Source: Octopus sinensis (taxonomy: Eukaryota). Taken from it: a stretch of 64,000 bases of DNA. The notes under the pieces are model-generated. The model was not told where the DNA came from, did not search any database, and saw nothing but the letters and a program-made list of their open reading frames with translations. The DNA lies in NCBI RefSeq assembly GCF_006345805.1, contig NC_043010.1:46004001-46068000 (forward strand), read 5' to 3'. The stretch's first letter is position 1. Every line of letters starts with the position of its first letter. The position numbers and the translations under genes were made by a program. This document shows positions 13,284-27,639 of the stretch, piece after piece.

Positions 13284-13505
13284 TGTGTATATGTTTGTGT
13301 GTTTGTGTTTGTCCCACCCCACAACATCGCTTGACAGCCAATGCTGGTGTGTTTATGTCCCCCGTAACTTAGCAGTTAGGCAAAAGAGACCGATAGAATA
13401 AGTACTAAACTTCCAAAGAATAAGTCCCGGGGTCGATTTGCTCGACTAAAGGCAGTGCTCCAGCATGGCCACAGTCAAATGACTGAAACAAGTAAAAGAA
13501 TAAGA
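13036..13505 (+). mobile_element. Full-length OR1-like SINE
   Basis: tRNA-like head ggagtggctgtgtggtaag..ggttcagtccc, core ccttgggcaagtgtcttc, GT microsatellite, gactgaaacaagtaaaag tail. Similar copies at 18531-18945, 19945-20320, 24580-24855, 26476-27000, 44668-45200 and 54770-55120. Confidence 0.9.
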
Positions 13506-13867
13506 AAAATGCAGAAACAAATATTGTTATTCTTAACAATGTAATCTAATGATAAATCTGTTTTCATTAACTTGCTCTTGTGCTGCCAATAAAATAATAT
13601 ATTTTCTGCTCTGAATAAGTAATAAAAAGTCATTGTTTACTAAAAACTTCAAATACTGGTGCACTTTTTGTACACAAAAGGACTAATGGCAAACGATTAT
13701 GAGGAATCCTTTTGAAGTCTACAATGGGAAACCCATCTGAAAAGAAAAGAATTTGAAAAATGTTTGATGAATTTTTTGGTATTTACATGGTTTTCTTGAT
13801 TTGGCATATTTTTTTTTATCTCAACACTGTCACTGACATGTCATATCTAATATCTAACTTTTCTTTA

Positions 13868-14254
13868 TCTATATATAAAGCTGAAATTGTCTGTGTGTGG
13901 CAGGTTTGGTAGCCTTCAACTAACACTATCTCCTCCGAGACCCTGCGGCACAAGTTAACCAAAATTGAGAGTATGATAGAAGAAGGCTTGCTCTTCATTC
14001 CGTGGGAGATAAAATTCAAATCAGACCATGTTAACACCAAAAATTATTTACATCAAAAAGGTGCTTTTTTTTATGAAAATCCCTATTTCTTACGATTTTT
14101 TGGCTGCTGTATCACCATTTTTCAGTGTATTTCAACCAGAAAAATGTTCACTTAAAAAAAATAACAAACTACATAATGCAAAATTTTTACTTTTCAAAAA
14201 TTCCAATTCTAAAGGATCAAAACAAACCCGAGCAACGCCGGGCGATACTGCTAG
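13868..14254 (+). mobile_element. Non-autonomous Helitron
   Basis: 5' A|TCTATATATAAA, subterminal hairpin CCCGAGCAACGCCGGG, 3' CTAG|T; A/T target with no TSD. Confidence 0.85.
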
Positions 14255-16105
14255 TAACTTTATGCAGGCATAGCTGTGTGATAAGAAGTTTACTTCTCAG
14301 TCACTTGGTTGTAGGTTCAGTAAGTGTTACTTCCCATTTACTTCTATCTAGAAATCAGATGTAAAAACTACTTTTCCCTTTAAACTTTGCTTTTGTAACC
14401 TGGGTATCAAGGTTTTGAAACTGATCTATTTTCCATTACATTTCAGACAAATTCAGTACAGAGTTGCTGAAGCAGAAATATCATTATAGGAGATATTCTG
14501 CTCAATACCACAGATCTGCTTCTCACTTGCTTGACCATAACCACTTGAGCATGTCCCTTAGTGGCTGAGAATATTTGCATCTCTGATCACAAGCAGGAGT
14601 AGTGGGGGATTATCATAGCCATGTGTTGAGAGGGATTCTTTGGGATTTGAACAAATGTAACAAAAGCAAAGTGTGAAGGAAATATTAGCTGTTTTTCATG
14701 CTTTCTAGGGTAAGCAATAGGAAATAACAGTTGCTACCCAGGGACAAAAATGCAGGAGTGGCTGTGTGGTTAAGGAGTTTGCTTCTGGAACACAAAGTCT
14801 TGTGAGTGGATTTAGTAGACAGACAATGAAAGAAGTCTATCCTATGGAAGAGTGGACATAAAAACAATGGTGGAAGAGGTAGTGATGATGATGAAGAGGA
14901 GGACAATGGCAGTAACAATGATGGCAGCAACAATAATGATGGTAGTGATGAGTAGTGATAATAACAGTGGTGATGGTGATCTGCTGCTGTTGCTGCTGCT
15001 GCTGCTGGTGATGATGATGATGATAATGATGATAATGATTTTGATGATCATGTTCATGATGATAATGAAGATGACAATGATAACAATGATGTTGTGATGA
15101 ATGGTGATGATGATGAGGAGGAGGACTACAACAACTATGATGATGGCAGCAACAATGATGATGATTGTGATGAGTGGTGATAACGGTGATGGTGCTGGTG
15201 ATGTGTTGACATGATGATGATAATGACAACAATGAGATGATGACGGCAGTGGTGGTGGTGATGATGATTATAGCGATGGTGATGTGCTGATGAGGATGAT
15301 GATGCCAATGATGGTGGTGATGGTGAACACAATATTGACAGCAGCAACAATGGTGGTAGTAGTAGCAGTGATGGTTGTGCTGGTGGAGCTGGTAACGAGG
15401 ATTATGGTGATGACAATGAGATGGAAACATTTAGAATTCCATACTTGTACAAACTAAAATTTATCACTTGAAATACAAATGTCTCACATTCATTTATCAT
15501 TTATTATGTCTTGAATTAAAACTTGCATTCAAACAAATTGCAATATTCTCCCTCTAGAAAACATAAGAAATAATTAATTTATTAGTTTCTTGCTGAAGGA
15601 AATTGTTGTCGATTGATTAATTGTATCATTTGAAGGTAATTTTCTGTGGTAATTTTCTGCTGCTTCAAACCAACATTTTATCACATGAAAAAATAAACAA
15701 CCACAAGGAATGGAGTACAATAATTGTATAAGTTCAGGCATGGGTGTGTGGTAAGAAGATTGCTTCCCAACTACATGGTTCTGAGTTCAATCTCACTGTG
15801 TGTCTCCAGTTATAGCCTCAGGTGAACTAAAGCTGTGTGAGTGGATTTATTAGAAAGAAACTGAAAGAAGCTTGTCGTTATATATATATATATATATATA
15901 TATATTTAGGTTTAGCTCACAGGTGATCTAAATGAATAGGTAAGTGCTGTAACAGATTACTAAGGCTCCAAGGTCATAGTCGAGATGGTAGTTATGGTAC
16001 CATTGCAGATTTCCAATATAGTGGATATATTTAACAATTATATATATATGTATATATACATATACATATATATATATAACATATATATATATATATATAT
16101 ATATA

Positions 16106-16170
<65 letters not shown>

Positions 16171-16212
16171 ATATATATATATTATATATATTATATATAT
16201 TATATATATAAT

Positions 16213-16265
<53 letters not shown>

Positions 16266-17262
16266 TGTTACGAATACCACCTGCCGTCGCTCAAACTCTT
16301 CGGGAAAACCCGGGACCCTACCAAGTCGAGCGACGACAATTTACCGGCCCGAACGATCGGTGAACTCGCCACGGACTCAGAGTGAGAGAGAATTCGGTGG
16401 CGGGGGGGGGAAGGCGGCAGCGAACACGGCAAGACCGGCGACCGGAGAGAACAACAACAACAAACAACAGCAGGAAGAGACACAAAGAGAGACGACGGAA
16501 GGCAATTGGCTACATTTAACAGCAGTTTATACAATTATTACAACATCAGATTAAATCAAAGATACATCAGGTATACATTAAAGAAAACAACAAATCAAAT
16601 TAAAGCATGCAGATACAATATACAGTTCAGAGACAACTCAGTTCTACATTAACGATACAGTTCAATGTTCAAATCACATTAAAGTCTTTCTCTTTCTTTA
16701 ACACGTATCAACAACTCTGTAACACAATTCACAATGTTCTTTATAATCTCATTTCTTTTTCTCTTTAGCACTGTTCTTTCTTTTTCCTCTTTCCTTCTTT
16801 CTCTTTTTTTTTTTAACACATCAAAATACAACAACCAAAAGACACAAACAAAACTTTACCGAACGTTCTTTCCCGTCTGCAACAATTTCAGAAACTACTA
16901 CCATAATCGCCATGCCCTCTCACCGTAATCTCTCTCAGTTCCTTCTCAGCTCCTTAATCTTCTCTGCCTGTCTTCCTCTTTCACGTTCACTGTCACCACA
17001 GAAACAACCTGTTACTAACTCGCTCTGTCCTCAACTACCGACCGCCCTCGTATCAGTCCCGTCTCTGCTAGAGCTGCCGGCCGACTGTTTTTACAGGCTC
17101 ACATCTCCTGCTTTTTAAAGGGGTGTTTCCTCGAACTTTCTTTCACCTGAAAAGGGTCGAAGGTCTCTCCAGAACTCATCAATCCACCTGAATCTGACAG
17201 GACAAAGGATTTACTCACAAAAGTCGGTCGCAAGCACTGTCCCTGAATTGACCCCCATAACA
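16266..17262. mobile_element. Solo LTR (~997 bp) inserted in a (TA)n tract
   Basis: TGTTA...TAACA termini, ATAT on both flanks, CpG-rich relative to surroundings, no internal coding region. Confidence 0.75.
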
Positions 17263-17831
17263 ATATATATATACAAAGAGAGAGAGAGAGACAAATAGAC
17301 ATACATACATATTTGTGTGCGTGTGGGTGTGTCTTTTATTTGTGTTTGTTTCACATACCTCATCACCGTTTGACAACTGGCGTTGGTTTGTTTATGTCCC
17401 TCTAACTTAGCAATTTGGCAAAATGACCAAAAGGATATGTACTAGGCTTTAGAAAACAAAATAAGTACTGGGGTCAATTCAGTGGTGGTGGTGGTGGTAG
17501 TGGTGGTGAAGACAATTATAATGATGGTAACAAAAATAATAACAACAATGATGATGATGATGGTGATGAATGCTGATAATGATGATGGTGATGGTGATGG
17601 GTTGATGAGGATGATAATGACATTGAGATTGTGATGATGATGAGGAGGAGGAGGATGAGGAGGACACAGATGATGATGACACTGATGATTGTGGTGATGA
17701 TGATGTGGTGGTGGTGGTGGTGGTGATGCTGATGGTGGTGATTTTGGTGGTACTGTAGCACTGCTGCAGTCAAGTGACTGAAATATGAAAAAGATGAAAA
17801 AAATTATATAATTTATACAGGTAATAAATAA

Positions 17832-18232
17832 CATAACTCCAATACCTTACTCTTATAATTTATCCTCTACCAAAGGAACTGAATTAATTGCATAAGAACT
17901 GCTACCCCTGAGATTAATTGTAATTAAGCAAAATCAAAAATATAAAAGTCTAGAAATGATGAAACCAATGTGGTTATTGAAAACTGAAACAATTACCATT
18001 TTATGGTGCCCTGGTGAAGGCAAGAAAAATTGAAAGCAAATACATAATGAAGACACCAGAATTTATACAGGTACAGGTGTGGCTGTATGGTAGGAAGTTT
18101 ACTGCTCAACCACATGGTTCTGGGTTCAGCCCTTCTACTATGGCCTTGAGTCAACGAAAGCCTTGTGAGTGGATTTGGTAGACAGAAACTTAAAGACACC
18201 TGTTGAATAGATACATACATACATACATACAT

Positions 18233-18238
<6 letters not shown>
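17832..18238 (+). repeat. ~400-bp direct repeat, copy 2
   Basis: Matches 10277-10680. Confidence 0.95.
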
Positions 18239-18273
<35 letters not shown>

Positions 18274-18298
18274 CACACACACACACGCACACACACAC

Positions 18299-18331
<33 letters not shown>

Positions 18332-19208
18332 GTGGGGAGGGGTGTTTTGTGTCTGTGTTTGTCTCCTATCACTGCTTTACAACTGGTGTTGGTGTGTTTA
18401 TGTCCCAGTAATTTGGTGGTTCAGTAAAAGAGACCATTACAAGGTATTAAGCTTTAAAAAGTCTTGGGGTCGATTGGAATATAAAAGTAATAACCAAACA
18501 CAAATAATGCACGAAGTCTAGAGAGTAGACATAGGAGTGGCTGTGTGGTAAGTAGCTTGTTTACCAACCACATGGTTCCAGGTTCAGTCCCACTGCATGG
18601 TACCTTGGGCAAGTGTCTTCTACTATAGCCTCGGATCGACCAAAGCCTTGTGAGTGGATTGGGTAGACGGAAACCGAAAGAAGCCCTTCGTATATATGTA
18701 TATATATATATGTGTGTATGTGTGTGTATATGTTTGTGTGTCTGTGTTTGTCCCACCCCCAACATCGCTTGACAACCGATACTGGTGTGTTTACGTCGCA
18801 GTAACTTAGCGGTTCAGCAAAAGAGACTGATAGAAGAAGTACTAGACTTACAAAGAATAAGTCCTGCGGTCGATTTGCTCGACTAAAGGTGGTGCTCCAG
18901 CATGGCCACAGTCAAATGACTGAAACAAGTAAAAGAGTAAAAGCGTAAAGACAGTAGTTGTGCTTGGTTGTACAGTGAAAACAAGAAATGAAAATAGCAC
19001 TGCTTAAAAAAATGGTTTCAAATTTTGGCTCAAGGCCTGCAATTTTGAGGGGAAGGGACATTAACTATGTTTATCCCAGTGCTGTTGCATATTTGATTGA
19101 CCCCTCCAAAAGAATTAAAGGCAAAGATGACCTTGGTAGCATTTGAACTCAGAATGTGAAGCTAGAAGAAATACTGCTAAGCACTTTGTCCAGTATGTTA
19201 ACAATTCT

Positions 19209-19683
19209 TATTTCTTTATTGCCCACAAGGGGCTAAACATAGAGGGGACAAACAAGAACAGACAAAGGAATTAAGTCGATTACATCGACCCCAGTGTGTA
19301 ACTGGTACTTAATTTATCGACCTTGAAAGGATGAAAGGCAAAGTCAACCTCGGCGAAATTTGAACTCAGAACATAATGGCAGACGAAATACCTATTTCTT
19401 TATTACCCACAAGGGGCTAAACATAGAGGGGACAAACAAGGACAGACATAGGTATTAAGTCGATTACATCGACCCCAGTGCGTAACTGGTGCTTAATTTA
19501 TCGACCCCGAAAGGATGAAAGGCAAAGTCGACCTCAGCGGAATTTGAACTCAGAACGTAGTGGCAGGCAAAATACCGCTAAGCATTTCGCCCGGTATGCT
19601 AACGTTTCTGCCAGCTCGCCGCTTTCTGGCAGATGAAATACCACTAAGCATTTCGCCTGGCATGCCAACAATTCTGCCAGCTC
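19209..19683 (-). mobile_element. Composite OK-like SINE insertion (tandem dimer plus extra head) with 16-bp TSD
   Basis: GTATGTTAACAATTCT at 19193-19208 and 19684-19699; nested within an older SINE. Confidence 0.9.
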
Positions 19684-20839
19684 GTATGTTAACAATTCTA
19701 CTAAGCCCACCCCCTTCATTCACTACTGCAGTAATAAAAATTGTCTCCAGCTTAGAAACAAGGCCAGAAATTTTAGGGAGAGGGGTTAGTTGATTAAATT
19801 GACACCAGTACTAGACTGATACTTAATTTTATTGACCTCAGAGGAATGAAAACCGAATTTAGCTTCAGCGGGATTTGAATTCAGAATGTTGAGAGCCAGA
19901 AGAAATATTGTAAGGTATTTTTTCGCCCAATATTCTAACAACAGGCATGGCTCTGTGGTAAGAACTTTGCTTCACAACCACATGGTTCCAGGTTCAGTCC
20001 TGCTGCATGGCACCTTGGACAAATGTCTTCTACTATAGCCTTGGGCCACCCAAAACTTTGTGAGTGGATTTGGAAGACAGAAACTGAAAGGAGACCGACA
20101 TATGTATGTGTGTGTGTGTTGTCCCCCACTACTGTTTGATGACTGGTGTTGGTTTGCTTGCATCCCTGTAACTTAGCAGCTCAGCAAAAGATACTGATAG
20201 AATAAGTACCAGGCTTGAAAAGAAAATAAGTACTGGGGTCAATTAGTTCAACTAAATTTCCTTGAGGCAGTGCCCCAGCATGGCCACAGTCTAATAACTG
20301 AAACAAATAAAAGATAGAAGATACTGCCAACTAGCTACCTTGTTTCTTATACAGACACATGGCTTGAAATTTAGGGAAAAAGAGTTAGTCAATTATATTG
20401 ATCTTAGTAATTGACTGGTACTTTATTTCAACCAACTTTAGGCTGACTACAATAATAGATGATGAGAAAATAGGAAAAGTAAAATAAAAGTAGACAAGAA
20501 AGATAACTGGAAAAAAATATTCATGCAGAAACTGATTTTAAGTCTTTTGTTGGCATATTTCTGTTGAAATACACTGCTTTGGTTTCAATTAATTTTGAAA
20601 ATAATATTGTCATTATTAGACTGCTATCTGAGACAAATTAACATGAAATTTTGATGGCTGATTTTAATTTAGATAATTTTTAAACATGAGATTTAAATCA
20701 TGGAACAAGAGGCAGTCTTGGGTGGGTTGGTATGAAAGGAGTTTAAGTGGTTTATTCGTTAAAATATTATACAACATTGGCCCTGATGTTGGCTCAAGGG
20801 AAACAAAATAAAATGACTATGAAGACTAAAATATTTCTT

Positions 20840-21070
20840 ATTTCTTTATTGCCCACAAGGGGCTAAACATAGAGGGGACAAACAAGGACAGACAAAGGGA
20901 TTAAATCGATTGCATTGACCCCAGTGCGTAATTGGTACTTAATTTATCGACTCCAAAAAGACGAAAGGTAAAGTCAACCTCGGTGGAATTTGAACTCAGA
21001 ACGTAACGGCAGACGAAATACTGCTAAGCATTTCGCCCGGCATGCTGATGTTTCTGCCAGCTCGCCACCT
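20840..21070 (-). mobile_element. OK-like SINE with 13-bp TSD
   Basis: TAAAATATTTCTT on both sides. Confidence 0.9.
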
Positions 21071-22985
21071 TAAAATATTTCTTTACAGTGATATTTTCTA
21101 TAGCATTATCTTTCTATCTGTCTGTCTGTCTGTCTGTCTAAATATTTATCTGTCTATCATCTGATATTTCAATATGTTTAACCTTCTTAGCTGTAGTGAA
21201 GATGCTTTTCCAGGGCTAAAACTCAATATGAATATATCCACCACATTATGAAGCCAAACTTGCACTACTCCTGCCAGATGCCTTCCTATGTATGCCTAGC
21301 TCCAACTTTCCTTCCCTACATCTACAAACACACTGTCATCCTCACATCTTGAGAATTTCCCAATATACCTTTCTATGTAGTGCTATGAAAACATACACAT
21401 TCTATGCAATCTAGGATATCTTCACAGCACTTACCTAAATAACAGAGGCAATCTTTATGCCAAGTCTCCTGCCATGTCCTTCCTTCTAATCAGTAACTAA
21501 AACCTTCCATTCCACCTCGCCCCATATATTGATGATACCATCAAACAAGAAGTGGGATTTGCCAGAATTCTGAATGAGAAATAATACAGAGTAGCAGCTA
21601 CTTGTTCACTATTTAGTCCTCTCACAAGGACCAAACTTTCTAGCGTTGTTGAAATAATTAATTGCACCAAACGCATTTTGTAAGGGGATCCTGATAGGAA
21701 GAACAGTCATAAAAAACATTCCAGAATGGACTATATGAGCGAGTATGGATTCCACAAGTATGTTTTGTTCAACAACCATAAAATGCAACTATTCAAAAGG
21801 AATGTTAATTCCATTGATCTCATCAATCTCCAAAGACCAGCAGAGATCATGGACACAGCCCAATCTTCTAGACCAGTCATGAGCAAACTGTGACCCTGCA
21901 GGACTTTCTGAATGGCACACCAGTGAAAAATTATCTTGAATTTTGTTATAGTGTAACCTTCCTGATAATGATCCATGTCTCATGCAGTTTGTTTCTTAAA
22001 AATGAGTTGCTTATGTCTGTTCGAGACATGAGATTTAAATCATGAAACTAGGGGCAGTCTTGAGCGGGTTGGTATGAAAGGAGTTTAAATGGTTTATTAG
22101 TTAAAATATTATACAACATTGGCCCTGATGTTGGCTCAATGGGAAACAAACTAAAATGACTAAGGAGACTAATAAAAATATAAAAATAATAAAAATATAA
22201 AAATCTGTTCCAGTGGACAAGTGAATTTGCTGTTGATTGACCTTTTTGGAGAATATATTGAGGAGTCCAACAAATCTCCTACCAAACATGTTATGTATTG
22301 TGTCATATGGTTTACAAATCACTGAATGTTTTGCAAAACAGTTTTACTCAATACATTTAACCCTTTAGCATTTAAGCCGATCATATCAGGCCCAAATATT
22401 CTACTTGTTTTATATTCAAACTGGCCAGATTCCCCCTACACAATATCATTTTAAAAATGGACAATCACATCATCTTGAAGCTACAAGATAATACATGATT
22501 AATTCAAAACGATGTGAATCAATAAGCATTACATTTAACAGAATAATCTGAAAGCTAAAGGGTTAATCTTCAAGCAAATATTCCTCCAAACACATCAAAT
22601 ACATTGCCAAACATTTCACAGAACAGATAAAGCCTTTCTTATCAGTTTCTCTATATGTATTCAAAATACTGTCAATAGTTTCATTGAACACATTAACGTT
22701 GCAGTTATTAACCTTTATTTTGAAAAAGTAAAACTATATTATCAATTGTACTCAGCCATTGTTTACAGATTTTGTTGAATAATTCAAAAGTCCAATAATT
22801 ATTTACTCTGAATTCCTTTGATAACTAAATTCCTTCATCAAAAAAGAGAGATTGCCTTTTGTGTCAACTATTTTAATCAGGAGTTATTTTTTATTTACTC
22901 ATTAATTTATTATTATTATCATTATTTTAAAATAAAAAATAAAATAAAAAATAAATTACCATCATTATCATGATCATTATCATTG

Positions 22986-23022
<37 letters not shown>

Positions 23023-23371
23023 CATCATCATTGTTGATGTAGTTGTTGTTTTTGTTGTTGATTCCTGCCAATGAAACTGCACTGAACTCTCCGGTCCTTT
23101 AGTATTTGTATATTGATTTTATGCCTTAAATAATGAAATAAAAACCTTATTACAATTACAGCTACTAGCAAAATGGTAAACACACAGAATAAAAGATCGC
23201 TTAGAAAGCAAAAACAGTGACAATACCAAGATACAAAGTGAAATTACTGCTAATTAGCTCATTACTGATTGGAATATATATTTCAGAAAAATAAAGGTCT
23301 CTAGAGATAAATACTCTATAAAGGTAAATGCTCTCCTTGTACAAGACTGTCAATATATGTAATATAAATAT

Positions 23372-23493
<122 letters not shown>

Positions 23494-23553
23494 ATATACA
23501 TATATATGTATACATGTATATGTATACATATATATATGTATACATATATATGT

Positions 23554-23589
<36 letters not shown>

Positions 23590-23658
23590 TCATACATCTA
23601 GGCATGACTGTGTGGGAAGAAGTTTGCTTTTCAGTCACATAGTTCCATGTTCAGTCCA

Positions 23659-24400
23659 TGTTATATCCTAATGGATAAACAAATACACTGCAATAGTGTA
23701 ATAACAATATAACTGAAACAAATGGCAGTAGCCACATGGAACATAACAACGATCTTTTATGAACCAACTCTTCAACGCGCTCACGTGTACTGTAAACTTT
23801 GAACTCCAGCTTTGAACTATCAACACACAAACTGTTGAACGAGCATGATGATTTTATTACAACCAGAAGGGTTAAACAAAGAGGGGACAATATAAGGGAC
23901 AAATGGGGTTGGGGACTTATCGAATGATATGAGTAAATATATAATTATGAATGAAGGTGAAACAAAAATATGAATGGACGCAGAATGGGTTTGACCCCAC
24001 CAACCACAGTCCTGCTTTGCACCATTTATTTTTCCTTTATTTCTTAAAACCCACTTCATTTGGCACTTATATACCCGACATTGGAGCTACTTTCTTCTAT
24101 CCTCTTTTGTACTTTTTTACCGTCAGGCATTTCTTCTCCAGACATGCTTTCCCTCTTACGTGATATAGAAAGAGGTTCTCTAAAGCATGCCCGGAGACTA
24201 TGTGTGTCTGATGCGATACCTCTTTCATGTGTCTCCCATATCATCTCCTTTGCAGTACTACTTAAGAAGAGTGGTCCCGGTGCGTGTACTCGCGCATCTG
24301 CGCTAGCTAGTCGTGATTAGTCAATACTTACTTTGTGTTTTTGTGTTTTATTTACTGTTTTAAAGAAACAATTTTTTGGGTTTTATTTACTTTGCTAGGT
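23659..24400 (-). mobile_element. LTR-like fragment inserted after a SINE head
   Basis: TGTTA terminus at 23659, minus-strand AATAAA ~200 bp inside, CpG-rich. The other end is not clear. Confidence 0.4.
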
Positions 24401-24584
24401 AGTCGTTGTAGTTTATATATATATATATGTACACATATATATATATATATATGTGCATATATATATGTATATGTATGTATACATATATATTTATATTTCT
24501 TTTTTCGTCTGCCATAAGGCATTATTTTTCAAATACGCCAGCTAAGTTGAACTGTCTAAAGTCGAAAGACACCTGTTGTTTTTG

Positions 24585-24617
<33 letters not shown>

Positions 24618-25135
24618 GTATGTGTGTGTGTGTGTGTATATGTTTGTGTCTGTGTTTGTCCCCCACCCCACCATCGCTTGACAACCGATGCTGGTGTGTT
24701 TACATCCCCGTAACTTAGCGGTTCACAAAAGAAGACCGATAGAATAAGTACTAGGCATACAAAGAATAAGTCCTGGGGTCGATTTGCTCAACTAAAGGTG
24801 GTGCTCCAGCATGGCTGCAGTCAAATGACTGAAACAGGTAAAAGAGTAAAAGAGTTTATTGTATAACAAAACAAAAAGTTGGAAAATTTATTGGTATTAT
24901 TTATTTACCATTACACATGTTTCATTTACTAATAGGAATTACGGAGTTTTACATGTCTCTCTAACATATAAAACTCAGTAAATCCTATTAGCAAGTGAAA
25001 CATGTATAAAAGTGAATAAATAATGCCAATGAATTTTTCAACTTCCTGTTTTGTTATATATATATATATATATACCATTGGTAAATACTAAAGAAGTGCA
25101 CTCTAAGTTATAGAGCAGTAGAGTATATAAATAAA

Positions 25136-25361
25136 GATAGATATGGCTGGTCTATGAGGTTACCCTGGGTTTCACATTCATAAAGCACTTTGCTTTAGAA
25201 CGTTTCTTCAGACCCTAGATCTATGGTCTCTCTAGCAAGTGGTGTCTCTAAAAAATGGAGGAGGAGTAGACCTCATTACTCTGTGTCAACAACAGGGGGA
25301 AATGCTGTAAAGCTAAGTGCTTTATAGATGAGAAACCTGGGGTAACATCATAGACTGGCCA

Positions 25362-25369
<8 letters not shown>
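25136..25369. repeat. Imperfect ~62-bp inverted repeats (Penelope-like or MITE-like)
   Basis: Arms 25136-25197 and 25308-25369 are clearly complementary with several mismatches. Confidence 0.8.
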
Positions 25370-25412
<43 letters not shown>

Positions 25413-26693
25413 GTGTATATGTATCTATGTATATTTACATGTATGTATGTAATGTATATGTAATTCACATCTACTACCAACTCACTGCCAACACGAGTAA
25501 ATCGTGTCTCACAACATCACTATTTGTAGCTAAGTGGGCTGAACTAATGAAACTTCTGTTTCTTTAAGAGAGACAGTATAATGATTGATGGGATGTGAAC
25601 TGCAAGCCATTCATCTTGTAGACCAATCCTTCAACCATTCAACAGAATCTACTGTGGCTAATATGAGCTGAGAAAACAAACATATCCTAGATTGATTATA
25701 AAAGAGAAAAAAAAAAGTGGTTATTTGACTGTCATAATGAAATAGCCAACTCTCCTTTTTGAAACTCATCTCCCAGCAGGAACAGATATTTTAACTTGTA
25801 TGTACATTATTTATATTATGTTTCAAACAATTGACAGAGAATAAACAACTTTAGACTGTTAATCTGAAATCATGATGAGATGCAAACACACCCTGTTTCT
25901 GGGAAAATGTCTTTTTGTAGAAATCTAGATAAGACATTCTTTTCAATGAGATTCACACTGAATATTTTTTTTTAAACTGCAAAGTCACAATTTGATCTCT
26001 ATGTTAAAAACTTTAAACAGGACTTCCTGATATAAATACGTTACATTCTCTGTTTGTTTTAGTCTTTAAAATTTTTCAAAAAAATAAATAGATAAATAAA
26101 AATGAAAGGAATAAGAAATGGTGGGTGTCATGCAATATAAAGGAAACAATGTTTCTCACTGATATTCTGATAACTCTGTCATCAAATTATTGAACAGCAA
26201 AAATGTCTTGTAAAATTTTATTGTCATAGTTATAAATTGATTTAAAAGAACATATATTAGGTAGGTTTCTTTCTAAAAGAATCTGAGTTTTTCAAGAATA
26301 CAACTTAAACACCTGACTACACAGCCATGTATGCGAAAGATATAGACTCTAAAAAATAGAAAAATAAAACTTTTTTAACTTTGAAGGAAATCTAATATCA
26401 GCTAGAAGAAGGTTGGCTTCAACAATATGGCAGGTTTTATGCTTTCTGATCGAGAATTTTTTTTTTTATATGTATAGGCACCAGTGTCGTTGTGTGGTAA
26501 GGAGTTTTTGCTTCCCAACCACATCGTTCCAGATTCAGTCCCAATGCATGATACCTTGGGCAAGTGCCTTCTACTATAGCCTTAGGCCAACCAGAGCACT
26601 GAGAGTGGATTTGGTAGATGGAAACTGAAAGAAACCTGTCAAATATGTGTGTGTGTATTTGTGTATATATATATGTATATATGTATATATGTA

Positions 26694-26804
<111 letters not shown>

Positions 26805-27183
26805 TGTATGTATGTGTGTGTATATATATATTTATATATATGTATTCTTTTATTCTTTTATTTGTTTCAGTCATATGACTGCGGCCATGCTGGAGCACTG
26901 CCTTTATTCAGACAAATCAATCCCAGGACTTATTCCTTGTTAGCACTTATTCTATCGGTCACTTTTGACAAACTGCTAAGTTACAGGGATGTAAATACAC
27001 CGATATATACAGTAATCACTTTTGGTTAAAATGTCTTATAGATGTGTTTTGTTTCTCCTTTTTTCCTTGATGAGAAGATTACATTGTTTTACATCATTTT
27101 ATTCCCTCAGAAATAATACCAATATTTTCTTCGAAACATATGTTGGAAGTATAAAGACTTGAATAATACCTGCGTTTAACTCC

Positions 27184-27223
<40 letters not shown>

Positions 27224-27639
27224 TTGTGTCTGTGTTTGTCTCTCATCACCACTTGTCAACTGGTGTTGGTGTGTTTATGTCCTCGTAATTTAGCAGTTCA
27301 GCAAAAGAGACCAATAGAATAAGTACCAGGCTTTAAAAAAATAAAATAGTGCTGGGGTTGATCCATTCAGCTAAAAGTTCTTGAAGATGGTGTTCCAGCA
27401 TGGCCACAGTCTAATGACTAAAACAAATAAAAGATAAAAGGTGCAGATATGGCTGTGTGGTTGAGAAATTCACTTCCTAACCATATGATTTCAGGTTCAG
27501 TTCCACTGTGTATTGTCTTGGACAAGCGTCTTCTGCAATAGACCTAGGCTGATCAAAGCCTTATGTATAGGCCTGGTCTAGCAATTTGATACCTCTGTAA
27601 ATACTTCTGTCTGAGACATTTCCTTTACATCATCATCAT

